This document shows positions 28,071-42,499 of a stretch of 64,000 nt of DNA, one piece after another; within the stretch, counting starts at the first letter, position 1, and every line of letters begins with the position of its first letter. The notes beneath the pieces were generated by a model. The model was given only the letters and a program-made list of their open reading frames with translations. It was not told the origin of the DNA and did no database searches. The stretch is from NCBI GenBank assembly GCA_964016885.1, contig OZ024755.1, positions 15,562,001 through 15,626,000 of the forward strand. Direction: 5' to 3'. A program made the translations under genes and the position numbers. Source of the DNA: Eledone cirrhosa. Its lineage: Eukaryota.

Positions 28071-30928
28071 ATATATATATATATACATTTGAGAGAGAGA
28101 GTGTGTGTGGTGTGTGTGTGGTGTGTGTGTGGTGTGTGTGTGGTGTGTGTGTGTGTGTGTTTTTTTTTATGTATACATGTTGAAAAGAAAAAGAAAATTC
28201 CTAGCATTCGGTTCAGAAAATTTAAGAAATGATTTTGTGTTTTTTTAACTACATTTTTGAAAATTTTTGTTATGCTGTTTGTTGTGTGTATACACGATAG
28301 TATTTCTTGATATTTTATTAGTTCAATGTGTAAAAAGATTGATTTATTAGTTCTTAAAAATGTACAAGTGATTCAATAAAACTATCTTTATGCGTATATG
28401 GTTACATTTCAGTAACCAATAGCAATCATAGATACCTTGCGCTATATGTGGGAATCGCATGACCCATTTTAATACCACAGCATAAAGTATCTTCCTATAT
28501 ATAGGTGCTAACTATTAGATGTATTGGGGACGTAATTATAATATTGCTGCATTCGGGCATTTCTTAATTCATACGTGACTGAATTGACTTCAACTACGAA
28601 TGAAACCTGCTTAAAGATTCAACACAGTTGGAGGTTAACCTCAAGGGCATACATATTTAGATTTTTAGGTGAATGTAAGTGCTGTATTTGTCTCCCTAAT
28701 ACCTTTCAGAAAGATGTTAAAAACTTAAGAAATGGGAAATCGCTTCAAGTGGAAAACGAAACCCGGTCACAGTCGTTGTCACGAATTGCCCAAGGGTTAT
28801 ATCTATAACGTGTAGCGTGATTCCCTTTATGTCTTATATTTATCGAACATAAATTGTGATTTTAAGAAAGTTCAAATGTAAAGGAATTAATTTTTTAAAG
28901 ATAATATGAATTCCTGAAAATTAACTTGCTCAGAAAAAGCATTCAATCGAACCATTTTTTTGCTCAATGCATTGCCGAAGACGAGGGTGGCGTCTATACT
29001 ATCTCCGCTTTAATTATTTATTTTTGATAGGGTGTTTAACTAGCTTGAGTAATTTATATCTATTTTATCACCTCCATAGAGGAAGCAGAGCGAAAAGCGC
29101 AGACAACCTCTCCAGAGTTTGAACACAGACTCTCAGGGCGAACTGATTAATACTGCATGACATTTAGTTCTAAACACACAAATAATTCTTCAACTTCAGC
29201 GTATGACAAGAAGTGCAAAATTATTGATATCGGAGATGTGAACGTAGAAGAGAGGACGAGTCAAGAGCACATAACCTGGAACATTCCATGAGGAAAAATT
29301 TGAATGGATATAGAGAAAACTACAACAGGTCGACCATGTTTACGGGGGGCTTTCTGCATTTTGGGAAGACCTAAGACAAAGAATAAGGATCTCAAGAATT
29401 ACTTGCACCTCGAGAGAAATTAAATATAGCTAGAGATTGATATGGTACAATTGCTAAATTTAGATAAGATACTTTATTTATACAGAAATTCTTGTAAACC
29501 AGAATTTCCCAAACTGCAGTCTTCTTAGAGGGAATATCATCGCCCCCTTGTGTGGAGTTAATATAAATTATACACAGAAAATTAAATCTTAATATTTAAA
29601 AAGATCTTATGTAAGCATTTATTGAATAACCTAATGGAGAATGTTTTACGAGCATCTACTAATATGAATACTTTGTCTCTTTCTCCTCGCACTTCTTGAT
29701 TGCCAACTATGCTTTAACTCCCCCTTACTTTGAAATGATCCATTTATGCCGCTCAACGTCCCACAAGAGAGTAGATGCGACGCCCATTTTAGGAATCCGT
29801 GATCAAATAAACATTTCAACTCGGCAACACATTAACGATAAAGCAATTGAGTTGACAATGATATTAACAATAAAGTAAATTTGGTACAATTGTACGGTTT
29901 ACTCTGTCTAATATTACCAACCCAAAATACGAACTAAAGTAAAAAAAGAGAAATATTACTACCCACAGATTTCAGGTAATATGAGACGAAACAAGAAAGA
30001 AAAAACGTCGTCTGATAATTTATAGATCGTAATGTTCTTTATTATTTTTAAATGATTTGAATAAAATCATTAGATTTCAAAATAGTTTAAGCCATCTGAG
30101 ACTGTTCTGACATCACTACAAAATTAAATATTGATAATTTGGTAACAGCAACAATAACAACAATAAATATTATACTTAGAAACGGCACGCCACAACAAGA
30201 AGTAAAAAAAAAAATCGGTTTCTTCATTTATTTCTCTACCAAAATCTGTCCTCTTGACCTGTGTGTTATGCAAATTTAAGACATTGTCTTCATGTAAAAT
30301 TAGAAACAAAAGAAAATAAACAGCATTAAGCCGAAAAAAAAAAATACAAAATAAGTACGAGAGTAAACAGCTATATGAAAAGACAAAAAGAAAAATGTTT
30401 ATGAACATCAAAACTGAATATTGTTTCTGGAGAAGATTAAAAATTAATGTTAGATTTAAAACGTAACTGTGGATAACAACACACAAACAATGAACTAAAC
30501 AAATGAAAGAAAAGCTATCAAGAAACATTTTTTGTTCATGAACAAAAAAAAACGACAAAATATCAAACAAAAAGAGAAGGCTAGAGGCTATGAGTTAATT
30601 GTTATTTAAAGACAGTCTGTAAAACATAACAGACATAATGGTCTCGGTTACTCCTACAGATAGCTTCGATGTATTCTCTCTTCCCATGAATCTCTTCGGA
30701 CAGTAGAGAATTAATTTGTGTGTGTACTGCACTCAAACTTTGACAGCTCCGTTGCATTGGGTTTTTATGTCTCAACTTCCCACCGCTCGCTCTCTCAATA
30801 CACTCACACACACTATATATATGTGTGTGCGTAGGGAAGAAAGATAGAAAGAGAGAGATAAATAGAAAGATAGATACATACGCATGTATAAATGCGACCG
30901 CGTGTGTGTGCGTGCGCGTGTGCGTGTG

Positions 30929-30966
<38 letters not shown>

Positions 30967-31654
30967 CACACATGAGCGTATACGTATATCTATATGTGCA
31001 TCTCTCTCTCTCTCTCTCTTGTATTTCTAACTATCTATCTATATCTCTTCACATTCTTACTGCTTCCTTTATCACCCTTTCTAACTGCTTTAATCTATTG
31101 TATATTCAATTTCATTATTTTTCTCATATTTTCCCTTCACTACTACCCACCAGTCTCTCTCCCACTCTCATTCACTATCTCTACCTCTCCCATTCTTTGT
31201 TCCTACGACCGTCTTTGTCTTTATCAAAGTTATACTTTATTTTTGTTCGGTTTTTTTTTAACCTATTGTTTGCTAAGTCTGATTAGAAATCTGTGTTGTT
31301 TTTCCTATACTTTTATTCTGCTTAACGATTCCATATTGTCTTTACGCGTGTCCATATATATCAACATACATTCCGAGGTTGTCAACGAGTGGAAAATGTA
31401 TAATCAAAAATTACATAGCAACAACCACAAGACAAGATAAAAAAAAATCACAAGCGAAATAACAGTGTATAAACACAAAACATATTCATGTTTAATTTAT
31501 ATACATGCATTGTATGTATATGAATATATATACATATGTGTATATGTTTCTGTGTGTTTATGGCATATAATTCATTTTTTTTCCTGCTGCTTTATATCGG
31601 TCTTGTTTAAATCTCTCTCACACGCCCTCGCACTATATACACACGGACGCGCGT

Positions 31655-31731
<77 letters not shown>

Positions 31732-33129
31732 CGTATTTATGTATGTATGAATGTATGTATATATGTAACCACGTATGTTTGTGTAATTAAAAAAATATGC
31801 CGAGTAGAAGGAGGATGAAAAACCAAATACGTGGGATATAACAATTTTAGAAGTTCAAAATGAAAGGAGTAGGCAATGAGATATTGCTGAGTATATTGAT
31901 GAAAATACGAACGAACAAATTCATAACTGACAATTCTCATAGTTTTATAGCAATCCTTCTTCATTAACAATTTATTTTGTCTTCTCGTCCTCCACTCCCA
32001 TTACTCCTCCTATCATTTTCACTAGTCTGTTTTCCTTCTTTCCTAAGGCAGGCTTTCACTACTCTTCTCATATTCCAAGCTTTAATGAGTTTCACTGGCC
32101 AAAAATAAAACAAATAATAACAACAAATATATATTTATTATTGATAGATTTTGTTTATTTTCATTTTTTTTTTTTTAGAAATTTTATCATCTACTAATAA
32201 TTTTTGTTCTCAATTATTGATGGGGCGAACTTGGCAACCAGTTACCAATACACATTCAACAAACATGACGATGTTTAACGTATTTAAAATGAACGCGGCA
32301 ATTAGAAACATCTCAAATATGTAATCAGTATTCTTATACAAACGCCATTTTCATTGTCATGGTGAAGATGTGTAAATTCATCCACCCGTATGCTTTGAAC
32401 TCGGGATGTAATCGTAGGAGCATTATCCCTCAGCAAACCTTAACACAGCCGATTTCTTCGAAAGTGCCAAAGAAAGAGAGCAAGAGGGGAGAGAGAGAAA
32501 GAGAGATGGGGGAGAGAGAACAAAAGAGAAATAGAAAGAACAAGAGAGAAAGAGGAAGAAGAGAGGAAGAGGAAGAAAAAGAGAGACAGCGAAAGAGAGC
32601 AAGAGAGAGAGGGGGTTAGAAAGAAAGTCGATGAAAGAATCAATCATGTGGATAGCGTAGGACGGGGTTAAATACATCAAAAATATAACACGAATGCTAG
32701 ATTTCGTAACTTCATTAATTACACAATAGCCATGATACATATTTCTGTGGTTAAATGACTACATCATGATACTGTGACGCAATCTATGACAGGCCGTCTT
32801 CAGAGGACACATTCGACAATGGATATGTAATCCATTGTTTATATTTATATTCCAACGGCATATCTCTCTCCCTCTCTGTATCGAGAGAGAGAGATAGAGA
32901 GAGAGGGAGAGAGAGATATATGCATATATATATACATGTATATATACACAAACAGACAAATTCATACCTACATATGTGTGTATATATATACATGTGTATT
33001 CCCGTATTGTTCTTGTACATACGTACACACACACACATATATATATATATATGAAAACAGGGAGAAAGAGACGATTATTAGGAAGAAAAAAATTTGTTTT
33101 TCCTTTTTTGTTTCTCAGACAGACACACG

Positions 33130-33179
<50 letters not shown>

Positions 33180-33674
33180 ACCATTACTATTCTTCAGAAT
33201 TAAAACAATTCTATAGAGATCAGTAACTCATAGATACAAGTTTGAGTGACAAAATTGATTAGCAGAAATTCAATCTCTCTGCGATTATATATATATATAT
33301 ATATATACTTATTTATATGTGTGTCTGTCTGTGTGTTTGTGTATATATATATAATGGAAAATATAATGTTCAATTGTTGAATGATTTAATACCTTCGTAT
33401 TATTGAACATAAGTGATGAATGACTTGGGATATTATAACAATCTCGTTTTTTTCTTTTGTTGTTACTCTATCTCTCCATTAGACAATTATAAGTTTTGTG
33501 TCTATATATTTCATTAAAGCAACAACAGACTTTTTCATTAGCAACCTTTACCAAATTACTCAACATCAGTTCTTACTTATTGGCGTTTCTTAACCCAAAG
33601 ATGGTGTATTTGATAAAGCAGTTTTTCATACCACACCACCTAAAACCAGTCTAGATTTTATTATTAAACAAACT

Positions 33675-33837
33675 AGAGAGTCGGACACCATGCTTTGAAG
33701 CATAGAGTTACGTCCCTTTATGATCTGAATTCAAATCCCGCCGAGGTAAACTTTGCCTTTCATCCTTACGGGCTCGATAAAATAAAGTACCAGTAATGTA
33801 CTGGTATTTGCTGGCCTTGTGCCTAAAAATAGAAACA
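33675..33837 (+). mobile_element. 5'-truncated SINE with 15-bp TSD
   Basis: ATTATTAAACAAACT at 33660-33674 and 33838-33852 flanks the copy. Confidence 0.9.
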
Positions 33838-33903
33838 ATTATTAAACAAACTGTTTTAATATGTTCATGATTATCTAAAAACCCTCCATTATAATTTTAT
33901 ATC

Positions 33904-34081
33904 GGTGGATTGGCAGTATTGGTAGAGTGTCGGATGCTTTGGCGCATAGAGTTACGGCCCTTGCCATTCTGATTTCAAATCCCGCCGAGGTTAAATTTGC
34001 CTTTCATCCTTACGGGGTCGATAAAATAAAGTACCAGTAATACACTGGGTAATTGCTGGCCTTGTGCCTAACGTAGAACTA
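33904..34081 (+). mobile_element. Full-length tRNA-type SINE with 16-bp TSD
   Basis: ATTATAATTTTATATC at 33888-33903 and 34082-34097; A-box-like TGGCAGTATTGG and B-box-like TTCAAATCC. Confidence 0.9.
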
Positions 34082-34228
34082 ATTATAATTTTATATCAGA
34101 AAATTACTTACTTTATGTTAACACTGACATAATGAGAAATTTATAAATTCTTGTTTATTTTCAAAACTATTTGAAAATTTGAAGCAGTGTTTTTTGTTGT
34201 TTTTGTTTTTCATTAGAAGTATGATGAT

Positions 34229-34433
34229 CGTTTCTGATTAAGACAAGGCCAACAATTTTGGGGGGAAGGGAAAGTCGATTAAGTGCATTACTAGTGTTTT
34301 ATTTTATCGACCACATAAGTATGAAAGGCAAAGCTAACCTTGGCGGGATTCGAACACGAAAGGTAAAGGGCTATAACTCTATACCACGAAGCATGGTGTC
34401 CAAAACTCTACCAATGCTGCCAATCTACTGCCC
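34229..34433 (-). mobile_element. SINE in reverse orientation with ~19-bp imperfect TSD
   Basis: TCATTAGAAGTA(t/g)GAT(g/a)AT at 34210-34228 and 34434-34452; body is the reverse complement of the two upstream copies. Confidence 0.85.
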
Positions 34434-34904
34434 TCATTAGAAGTAGGATAATGAAAGAGCTAAACATAAACTGATCGTTTGCGGTGAGTGTTTCAGACTT
34501 CTCCAATAAATAAATATCCAACTTCTTCGAGACATACTCAAGATATTTCTGTATTGAGTTAAATGTATATATATATATGCATCACGTGTTTTAAATAGAC
34601 ACATAAAATCAACCATTCCAACACTATTCATCTAGCAATAGCTATGCAGTCAGACTTTACGGTTGGAAAGCTGGAACAAGCTAATACACTTGTGGATGGT
34701 AAAGAACAAGTGACAGGGCTTCGTTGAGAGATATCAATCATTAGTTGATTCATTATTGGCTAGTAGATATATAAAATGGAGAGCAGATTAAATATATAAA
34801 AATGAAAGTCGTTGCCAATTTCATTGCCATTAAACAATTTCTGAAGAAACATTCTTTTCGTCATTATCCTTCAAATCTACATTATATTACCATATGCATA
34901 TATA

Positions 34905-34942
<38 letters not shown>

Positions 34943-35298
34943 ATGTATGTATGTATGTATGTGTATCCATCACCAACGATTGTATCCCTAAGATTAATAT
35001 CAACTTATCGCTCCAGTATTAACATCTTCCCTATCCCATTCATTAATAGATTCACACTATCTTTCATTCAAGATCTTGTCGTTGTCAATCTTTATGATTT
35101 CCTCGTTTACTTTCAGTTCTGATTTTACAATTTTGCTGCCACTTACATTATATCCAATGTGACATTGTTCCTCTTTTAGATTTGTTCCCTGCTTCTTTCA
35201 CCACCCCCTTTTTCCTCTCTTCTTCGTCTTATTTTTCTTAATCTGCCTCTCTCCCATATACGTGTATGGATGCATGTATGTATGTATGTATGTGTGTT

Positions 35299-35349
<51 letters not shown>

Positions 35350-35481
35350 ATATATGTATATATGTGTGTGTGTGTATATATATATGTGTGTGTGTGTATA
35401 GAGAGAGATGTTTGCTCTATGTGGGTGTGATTACCATTTTATTTGAAATTCCTCCTTAATGCTTCTATGCACACACATTGA

Positions 35482-35530
<49 letters not shown>

Positions 35531-36493
35531 AATGGAAACAAAAATAGGATTTCTTCATAAGTATTTCAGAGTTTTTTTCATTAACAAGTTTTCTTTTTTT
35601 TTGTGCTTCCAATATTCAATTCAATTTACACACTTAAGCATATTTATTTATTTATCTATTTAATCAATTTAAACGTACGTATAGAGTTAGTAAAACAGGA
35701 CAGACCTGAGGAAGTATCTACTACTTTGTACATATATATAAGTATAAATATATATGTCTGTGTGTGTTTGTGTGCGTATCTTTCCGTGTGTGAGTTAGTC
35801 TTTCTAAATTAGCACAACAAAACTCAATACATAAGCGAAATTGTGTATATGTTATTGCTGTGAATCTGTAAACTTAAACCCAGAACTATGTGAATAATTC
35901 GTGTTCAAATGCTCTGTTTAGAGGTAATGAAATTCTATGGAATCAAAAAATGAAAAGGAGATCCCAGTCATACAATGCTTAATGTAATTAACACTGCTCA
36001 TAATAACATCACTTCGTTTTCCTTTGAAGAATTTTTTTATATATAACTCGTTATACGTTTTGTTATAACCGACAATGGCTTCAGTGAGATTTTAAATTAT
36101 TTCATCTAACTACTTATTTATAATTTGTTTCTCAAATATATCATCATATTTTAAATACTATAGACAACCATAATTGGTTAAACGTCGAAATAAATATGAT
36201 GAGTTGTAGTTAATAACACAATCATTTCTCAGTCTACTTATATTATTTTTAGTGTTAAAACATTTTTGAATATTTGTTCACAGTTTCACCCTTTTTAAAC
36301 TCTGACAATCATTATGTCTCTCATATCTATGTTATTACTATGTATCGAAGTGGCATCGAACTATGAGTGTATATGTCTGAATTAACTGTAATAGGCTATT
36401 ATCCACTAACCTGAGAAAATATTTATTTTTTATATCAACAATATACAATAAAATTGTGTTCAAACGAAGCATCATACTTTGTAGCTTCCTCAC

Positions 36494-36725
36494 CAAAGGT
36501 TAACCAATCCAAAAATGATGAGGATATGAGAACTACATCTATAATACTATGTATTTGCGGAAGATACAAAGAAAAAGACACCGTTGGTCCATGGTCATAT
36601 GACAGAGGTATATTAAACAGACTTAATGAGAGCAAACGGCGTTTCTTGGGCACTTGGGCATTTTTAACATGGAGTAGTCCCCACCTTTCCAAGTCTGAGC
36701 AGAGCTCTAATTTCTTCATATCATT
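36494..36725 (-). CDS. Candidate exon E (phase 0 to 1), NDMKKLELCSDLERWGLL...SSSFLDWLTF
   Basis: Strong acceptor ctctttctctcgttctctttag; 77 open codons; donor GTGAGG (alternative GTATGA at 36477). No recognised domain. Confidence 0.45.
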
Positions 36726-37091
36726 CTAAAGAGAACGAGAGAAAGAGAGCGGGAAAGATAAAGGTGTGTGTGCGTGCGTGCGTGCGTTTGCGTTTCCAGG
36801 TTTAGAAGTATCGCAAAAGGGTAAAGATGTAACATTTGCAGGGACGGAAGGACCACTGCAATAAGTGTGTGAATCTGAGAGTGGAGTATATTGAATAAAA
36901 TCCTAATTAACCTATCCTCCTCTATTTAGTGCTACCCCAAGATAGGAACCTCTCAGCACACTCTCGTATAGAGAGGGGGAAGTAAGAACTTGGCACAGCA
37001 AAATTAATGACTCAAATGCTGGACCGGCACTTGTTTTATCAACTTCCAAAGAATTTGAACTTGAGAGCTGGAAATGAATACCGCAAATTAC

Positions 37092-37151
37092 TCTATTCAA
37101 CTTCCTAACGATAGTGTCAATTCGCTGCCTTCCAATGAACTGCACATGGAC
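37092..37151 (-). CDS. Candidate exon D (phase 0 to 0), VHVQFIGRQRIDTIVRKLNR
   Basis: Acceptor tttcctctatatcaccag, donor GTAATT. Confidence 0.3.
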
Positions 37152-37444
37152 CTGGTGATATAGAGGAAACGAATCACCCTTTGTTTGTATGAACTGTGCT
37201 TGAAGATTTTAACTGGAATAGAGACACGTGAAAAGCATGTTATCGCACAATTATTAACGACAGTGACATATTTGCCATACAATTTCTAAATTACGTCGTC
37301 AAAATACTTTGCAGTGTTTACTGATATTCTAGTTCCCAGGAGATATTCCCTCCGTAAACAATGAAACATTTATTTGATAGAAACAAAATTGTGATAACTG
37401 TGTTAGATTGTGATCTTTAATAGTAAGAACAAGATATAGAACGG

Positions 37445-37635
37445 AATGGACCTCCGTCGGTTTCGGCGCTGACAGTTCCAGTTGTTTGACCAATAGCATA
37501 ACCTGCTTGTGAAATTAATGTGCTGTGAAATAAAGTTGCTGAGCATTCCACAGACATATATCATTGACGTAATTCCCGGGGAGATACAGCCTGACAAAAT
37601 GTGTGACAAGGTTGGCCCTTTGAATTACAGATAGA
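37445..37635 (-). mobile_element. SINE body (family of 15-190)
   Basis: ctccgtcggttt...ttccagttg...cctgcttgtgaaattaatgtgc...gtgtgacaaggttggccctttgaattacag. Confidence 0.8.
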
Positions 37636-38407
37636 ATCCTTCTGGTGGGCTCCCAAACAGTTTCCGTCAAATAAAATTAACTCAAAATGTGTGAAATCGC
37701 ACCCGAGACCTAATTATTTCGAAATGAAGTTTGTTAACTATTCGGCTATGATACAGTCACAGAAACAAGACGTAACACAGAACAGAATCAACATAGGCTA
37801 TTTTTATGTAATGAAGTATTTTTAGTAAGAGATGAAACAACACGAACTAATGGAATACATGGTGAGTTGATTAAAGACACACAGTACGATACTTTGAAAG
37901 ACAGTAAAAATATGAAATTAATCAAACAAAATCAATAGACTTGCATTAAAGATAGAATAGAGAATATTTGTTGATGCCTTTGTAATTTCTAATCTCCCCT
38001 GTCATGATTATACACAGACATATATATGGTTATTTATATATATATATATATAACTACTCCTATATACATATATACGTGTATGTCTATCCGTTAAGAACAT
38101 TAAATAAACTAGATATAGATCCAATTTTAATATATAAACATACACACACACACAAATATATATATATATATATATATACACACACTTACATTCGCGCGCG
38201 CGCGCACACATATATATATAATTTTTTCTTCTGTTTATATTCATGTGTGTATGTATATATATATATGTGTATATATATATTTATATATATATATACTATA
38301 TATTTTAGTGTGTGGGTGTGAGCGTGTTTAAATATATGTCAACTTACAAACTTAGGTTTTAAATAATGTAAGTAAAATTTACCAGAATCATTTCCTCCTT
38401 TCCTTAC

Positions 38408-38539
38408 ATTTTCGTAGGTTGTAATTTAGAAGGATCTTTCCTGACCAGGGGACATGTTTGAAATAATGACCACGTTTCAGTAGTTAACTTTAACGATTCA
38501 TAACAATTATCTGTATAAACTGTGTTTCGGGGATTTCTG
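38408..38539 (-). CDS. Alternative candidate exon (phase 2 to 2), RNPRNTVYTDNCYESLKLTTETWSLFQTCPLVRKDPSKLQPTK
   Basis: Acceptor aatttcag, donor GTAAGG, one open frame; does not fit the 11-exon chain without a further unseen exon. Confidence 0.25.
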
Positions 38540-39395
38540 CTGAAATTTCATGGAATTTCGAAAGAAATTTAGTTACCATATGACTGCACAATATTTATGT
38601 CTTCGATTTGTTTCATGTGTGTATTTCAGGATAACTCGAATTACGAATATAAATTGTATACGTGTAAGAAATCTTTCCGCGCCATCTGAGGGATATGAAA
38701 CACACACCAGTTTGGCAAACTATGAAAGGTATGATTATATATAATTATATAAAATATAGGTCTATATGGACCCATTTATACAAATTAAACGTATTTAGAC
38801 ATGATGTGAGTAGGTTAAATTGTGATTATATCACAGTTTCTCTTGTACAGATGAATGAGCGATATATGCATATATTTCAGACTTGTAACTCTTCAGCAAT
38901 CGCTTACTTCAACCGTGATGCAGAGGTTTAGAATTAATGTATGTTTATTTTGTATAAATATATTGTATATAGGTCCATATATGCCTTTATCTTTCATTTT
39001 AATTCTAGTTGCATATTTGATTTCACTTAATAGGGATATGTATGTGTGTGTGTAGAGAGAAAGTGAGAGAGAAAGTGAGAGAGAAAGAGAGAGAAAGTAA
39101 GAGATAAAGAGAAGCATACAGGTAGTGAGGCAGTACGTAGATAGGTATACATAGATAGATTCCCTTGCTCAATAAATGTGACAACCACGCCCAATTCAAT
39201 TATTTTGTAATTCAATTAGTTTTCTAAGTTAGATAATTCCTATTCAAACGTTAGTACTTAGTTAATCTTTTCAGTAAGTGCAGACACCTGAAGGACAGAG
39301 GTTAATTTCGATTTATGTAGTACTAAGTGGATGAGAGACGAAACTTTGGCAGAAGCTATTTCCCCAGCGATCTTATATCAACTACCAACAATTAC

Positions 39396-39435
39396 GTTAA
39401 CGTATATGTGGAGAATGAAGTTTCCTGCTTCGAAG
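39396..39435 (-). CDS. Candidate exon C (phase 2 to 0), FEAGNFILHIYVN
   Basis: Strong acceptor cgtctctttcag, donor GTAATT; short. Confidence 0.25.
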
Positions 39436-39754
39436 CTGAAAGAGACGCGTGCAAGATATATAAATCCACAAACCATGAGCTAATTGTTCAATACATTTAC
39501 CCCTGGGTGATATTGCTTCTATGTCTCAACTTAATGATATTTAGAAGTTATACATTACCGAATGCACAAACGAAATTTACATGAATTCAACACGACAGCT
39601 AAAATCTGGACATTCGCAAATGCTCATCCAAATAACGTGTCGCTAAGCTTATATATTTATCTATGAACAATGGTTTCAGATGTGACAGCGAAAATTGCAT
39701 CTACCTGTTCATTTCAGATCCTAGAAATAGCAACTGATTCACCATCATCTACGA

Positions 39755-39900
39755 TAGTATTGCATGCACATCTAAGGTTATCGATGTTCACACCGGCCAT
39801 TGACACTCCTAATATATCTTCTCTCCAAAACTTTTCTATGTATCACTTTAAAAATCGAGAAGCGAGTACACAGCCTTGCACGACTCCTTTCTTAATTTCC
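39755..39900 (-). pseudogene. Decayed LINE reverse transcriptase fragment (RTE-like)
   Basis: Minus frame EIKKGVVQGCVLASRFLK*YIEKFWREDILGVSMAGVNIDNLRCACNT matches GVRQGCVLSP..FNLY...GGVNINNLRYADDT. Confidence 0.85.
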
Positions 39901-40112
39901 TATTCAAATATACTACCAGGGCTGGCTGCTCCTAATATAGTATTTGGAATCCGTTAGCGCATATCCCGAGTTCTAGTAGACTCTCGGTGAAGCTTCCAAG
40001 TTAGTATGTGATACCATGATAATATTCTACTTTCAACAATGAAATTTGCCTTCAGTATTTGTATTTTTAATACACATTTTCCTTTGTATTCCTTTCATTG
40101 TATACACACACG

Positions 40113-40168
<56 letters not shown>

Positions 40169-40285
40169 CACACATTTGTGTATGTGTTGTTTGTCTGTGA
40201 GGTAAGTGTATGCGTGGGTGTATCTACATGCTCAGACACAAACACACATATATGGTGTGCTGTCAGTGATAGACAATCAAATTAC

Positions 40286-40449
40286 TTCTGCACAAACAGG
40301 AAATTAATTTCAGATATATCTACTAGGTTTTGTCCATATAAACTAGCATTTGCTTTTTCGATACTATTAAAGCACATAGCTCTTGCAAGACGGCTTTTAT
40401 TATTTACTATCTGCGTCTGTAACATTATATTTTGCCCTCTCTGTTTCGA
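40286..40449 (-). CDS. Candidate exon B (phase 0 to 2), SKQRGQNIMLQTQ...SEINFLFVQ
   Basis: Acceptor caatctacag, donor GTAATT, 54 open codons. Confidence 0.3.
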
Positions 40450-41139
40450 CTGTAGATTGATATTGCAAAACCGGATAATATAACGATCATCAGAAACCAT
40501 TCCATTATCTTTCTATGTCATCGTTTGTAAATAACTCAAAGGCAAGTAGTAGCTAACTGAAACATGATTTATACGTAACTGTTATTTAATTTTCTTTGGT
40601 ATATTTACATCTATGTTATAACCCCTTCTATGAGGTAAACCTTTTCTACATACTTTTATGTTACTTGCAATATTATAACGTCCGTAATTTTATTACATCG
40701 ATACTAGAGAATAGTTACATTACTTGATAAAACCTAACCAAGGAAAAACTGTCTCAATCTTTCTTTCCGTTTTTAATTCTATCTGTATTCCGCAGAAACC
40801 ACACTCCTTTTGTAGAGGCAGCAGAAGCGGTTTGAACAATGGGATACAATGTTTTAAGGGCTTTCATGATTCTTACAGAGTTATAAATACCGTAACACAT
40901 TTACACCGGAACCAAGCGAGAAACGAACGTGCACGTTGGTGACTATTACATTGATAGCTGCATCAGCAGGATACAGCTTGATAATTCTGGCCCTTTGAAT
41001 TAGAAATATGTTTGTGTGTGTGTATATGTGTGTGTGTGTGGTGCGCGCGCTTGAGTATGTATTTGTATAAAAATACATTTATGTGTGTGTAAAGAGATAT
41101 ATTCTCAGATAATTTATCAACCATTACATTCAAACTCAC

Positions 41140-41202
41140 TTGTGTCAGATTCAGGCGATTTGGTATGAAAAAGTTTAAAGTAGCAATACAGTTGGTTATT
41201 TC
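41140..41202 (-). CDS. Candidate exon A (63 nt; two frames open)
   Basis: Consensus donor GTGAGT, acceptor caacatag; EITNCIATLNFFIPNRLNLTQ in phase 0. Confidence 0.28.
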
Positions 41203-42196
41203 CTATGTTGTATTTCATTAGAAGGGCAACGTCATGCAAGACAGTGGGGTATCAAAATATAAGAAGCGAACCAAAATAAACTGTTTCTAGGGGTCTTCCA
41301 ATTCTTTATACTATTTGCCGGTCGCAATTCCTGGCAGAAAATAGGTGGAACGTTAAACTCAAAATACACAGGGATGGACCACTTACCGATGCATTAACAA
41401 TTCAGCCAATACACCACACTTGTATAGGTACATTTTTATGAATTCATAAATAATAAAAAGCAATGTTAACCACAGCGAGATTTGAAATCAAAGCACATTG
41501 AACCTGAACAAATACCGAAAACTTTAATCCGACGCCTTAGAGTCTGACACGCTCACCCCTTTCTCCTTTCTTTCTTTCGTCACCTAATAATCCTTGCTCT
41601 TTCCCTCTCATTTATAGCATTTATACTCCTTACCAATACTACTTTCTTTTTCTGTATGTTTGACTTAATATTAAATTCTTTATTATTTTTATATAATGTT
41701 ATCCTAAGAATATATTTGAGTATTTTGAAATATAATTCGATTGCCTTTTAGCAAATCACCTTCAAACAGAAAAAAAACAAAGGAAAGAAAAATATACAAG
41801 GATTCTTGAATACTAGATGGAATAGAATTAATATCAAAACTGCAACTTTGAATTTATTCTTTCATTAAATAAAAGGAAATTGCTGAAGTCCATTTAAAGA
41901 AATTGTAAAGATAATGTACATATATTGAATATAAAGTATAATTTAGTGTACAATTTGAGGTTGTTGACCTCTATATAAATTGTTAAAACTTCAACACAAA
42001 CTTCATCGTAATAATAGCCATACACCCATACTCAAACAAAAGTGTGTGTGTGTGCGTGTGTGTGTAGCTCTGAGATTTGGGCTTGAATTTAATATTTATA
42101 TATAAATATATATGTGTGTGAGTGTGTGTCTAGATATATGACAAGTAGATATTTGTTTAAAGATATAGTTATATACAAACAAGCAGTGTGTGTTTT

Positions 42197-42247
<51 letters not shown>

Positions 42248-42499
42248 GGGTGTATGGCTGTGTGTTAGGGTACGCGATTTAATGGATTTCTGTCATTTTC
42301 AACGATAAATAATAATGATGCTATTATCGGAATTACTTTCTTATTGGACTCGCATAAAAATCGTTGAGTATACACACGTATACCCTTAATGTAATGCCAA
42401 CGTAGAATACTGAAGACCTAAATGACATTTAAGACTTGACATTATCAATCCCACACTATCATGGTGGACACTCGTAATTTTAGCCTACAAAACATGATG

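Noticed and set aside
36494-36725. Naming the candidate protein as androglobin, VPS13B or BLTP1
   Set aside because: Only scattered short resemblances from memory, with inconsistent spacing; not enough for a gene symbol.
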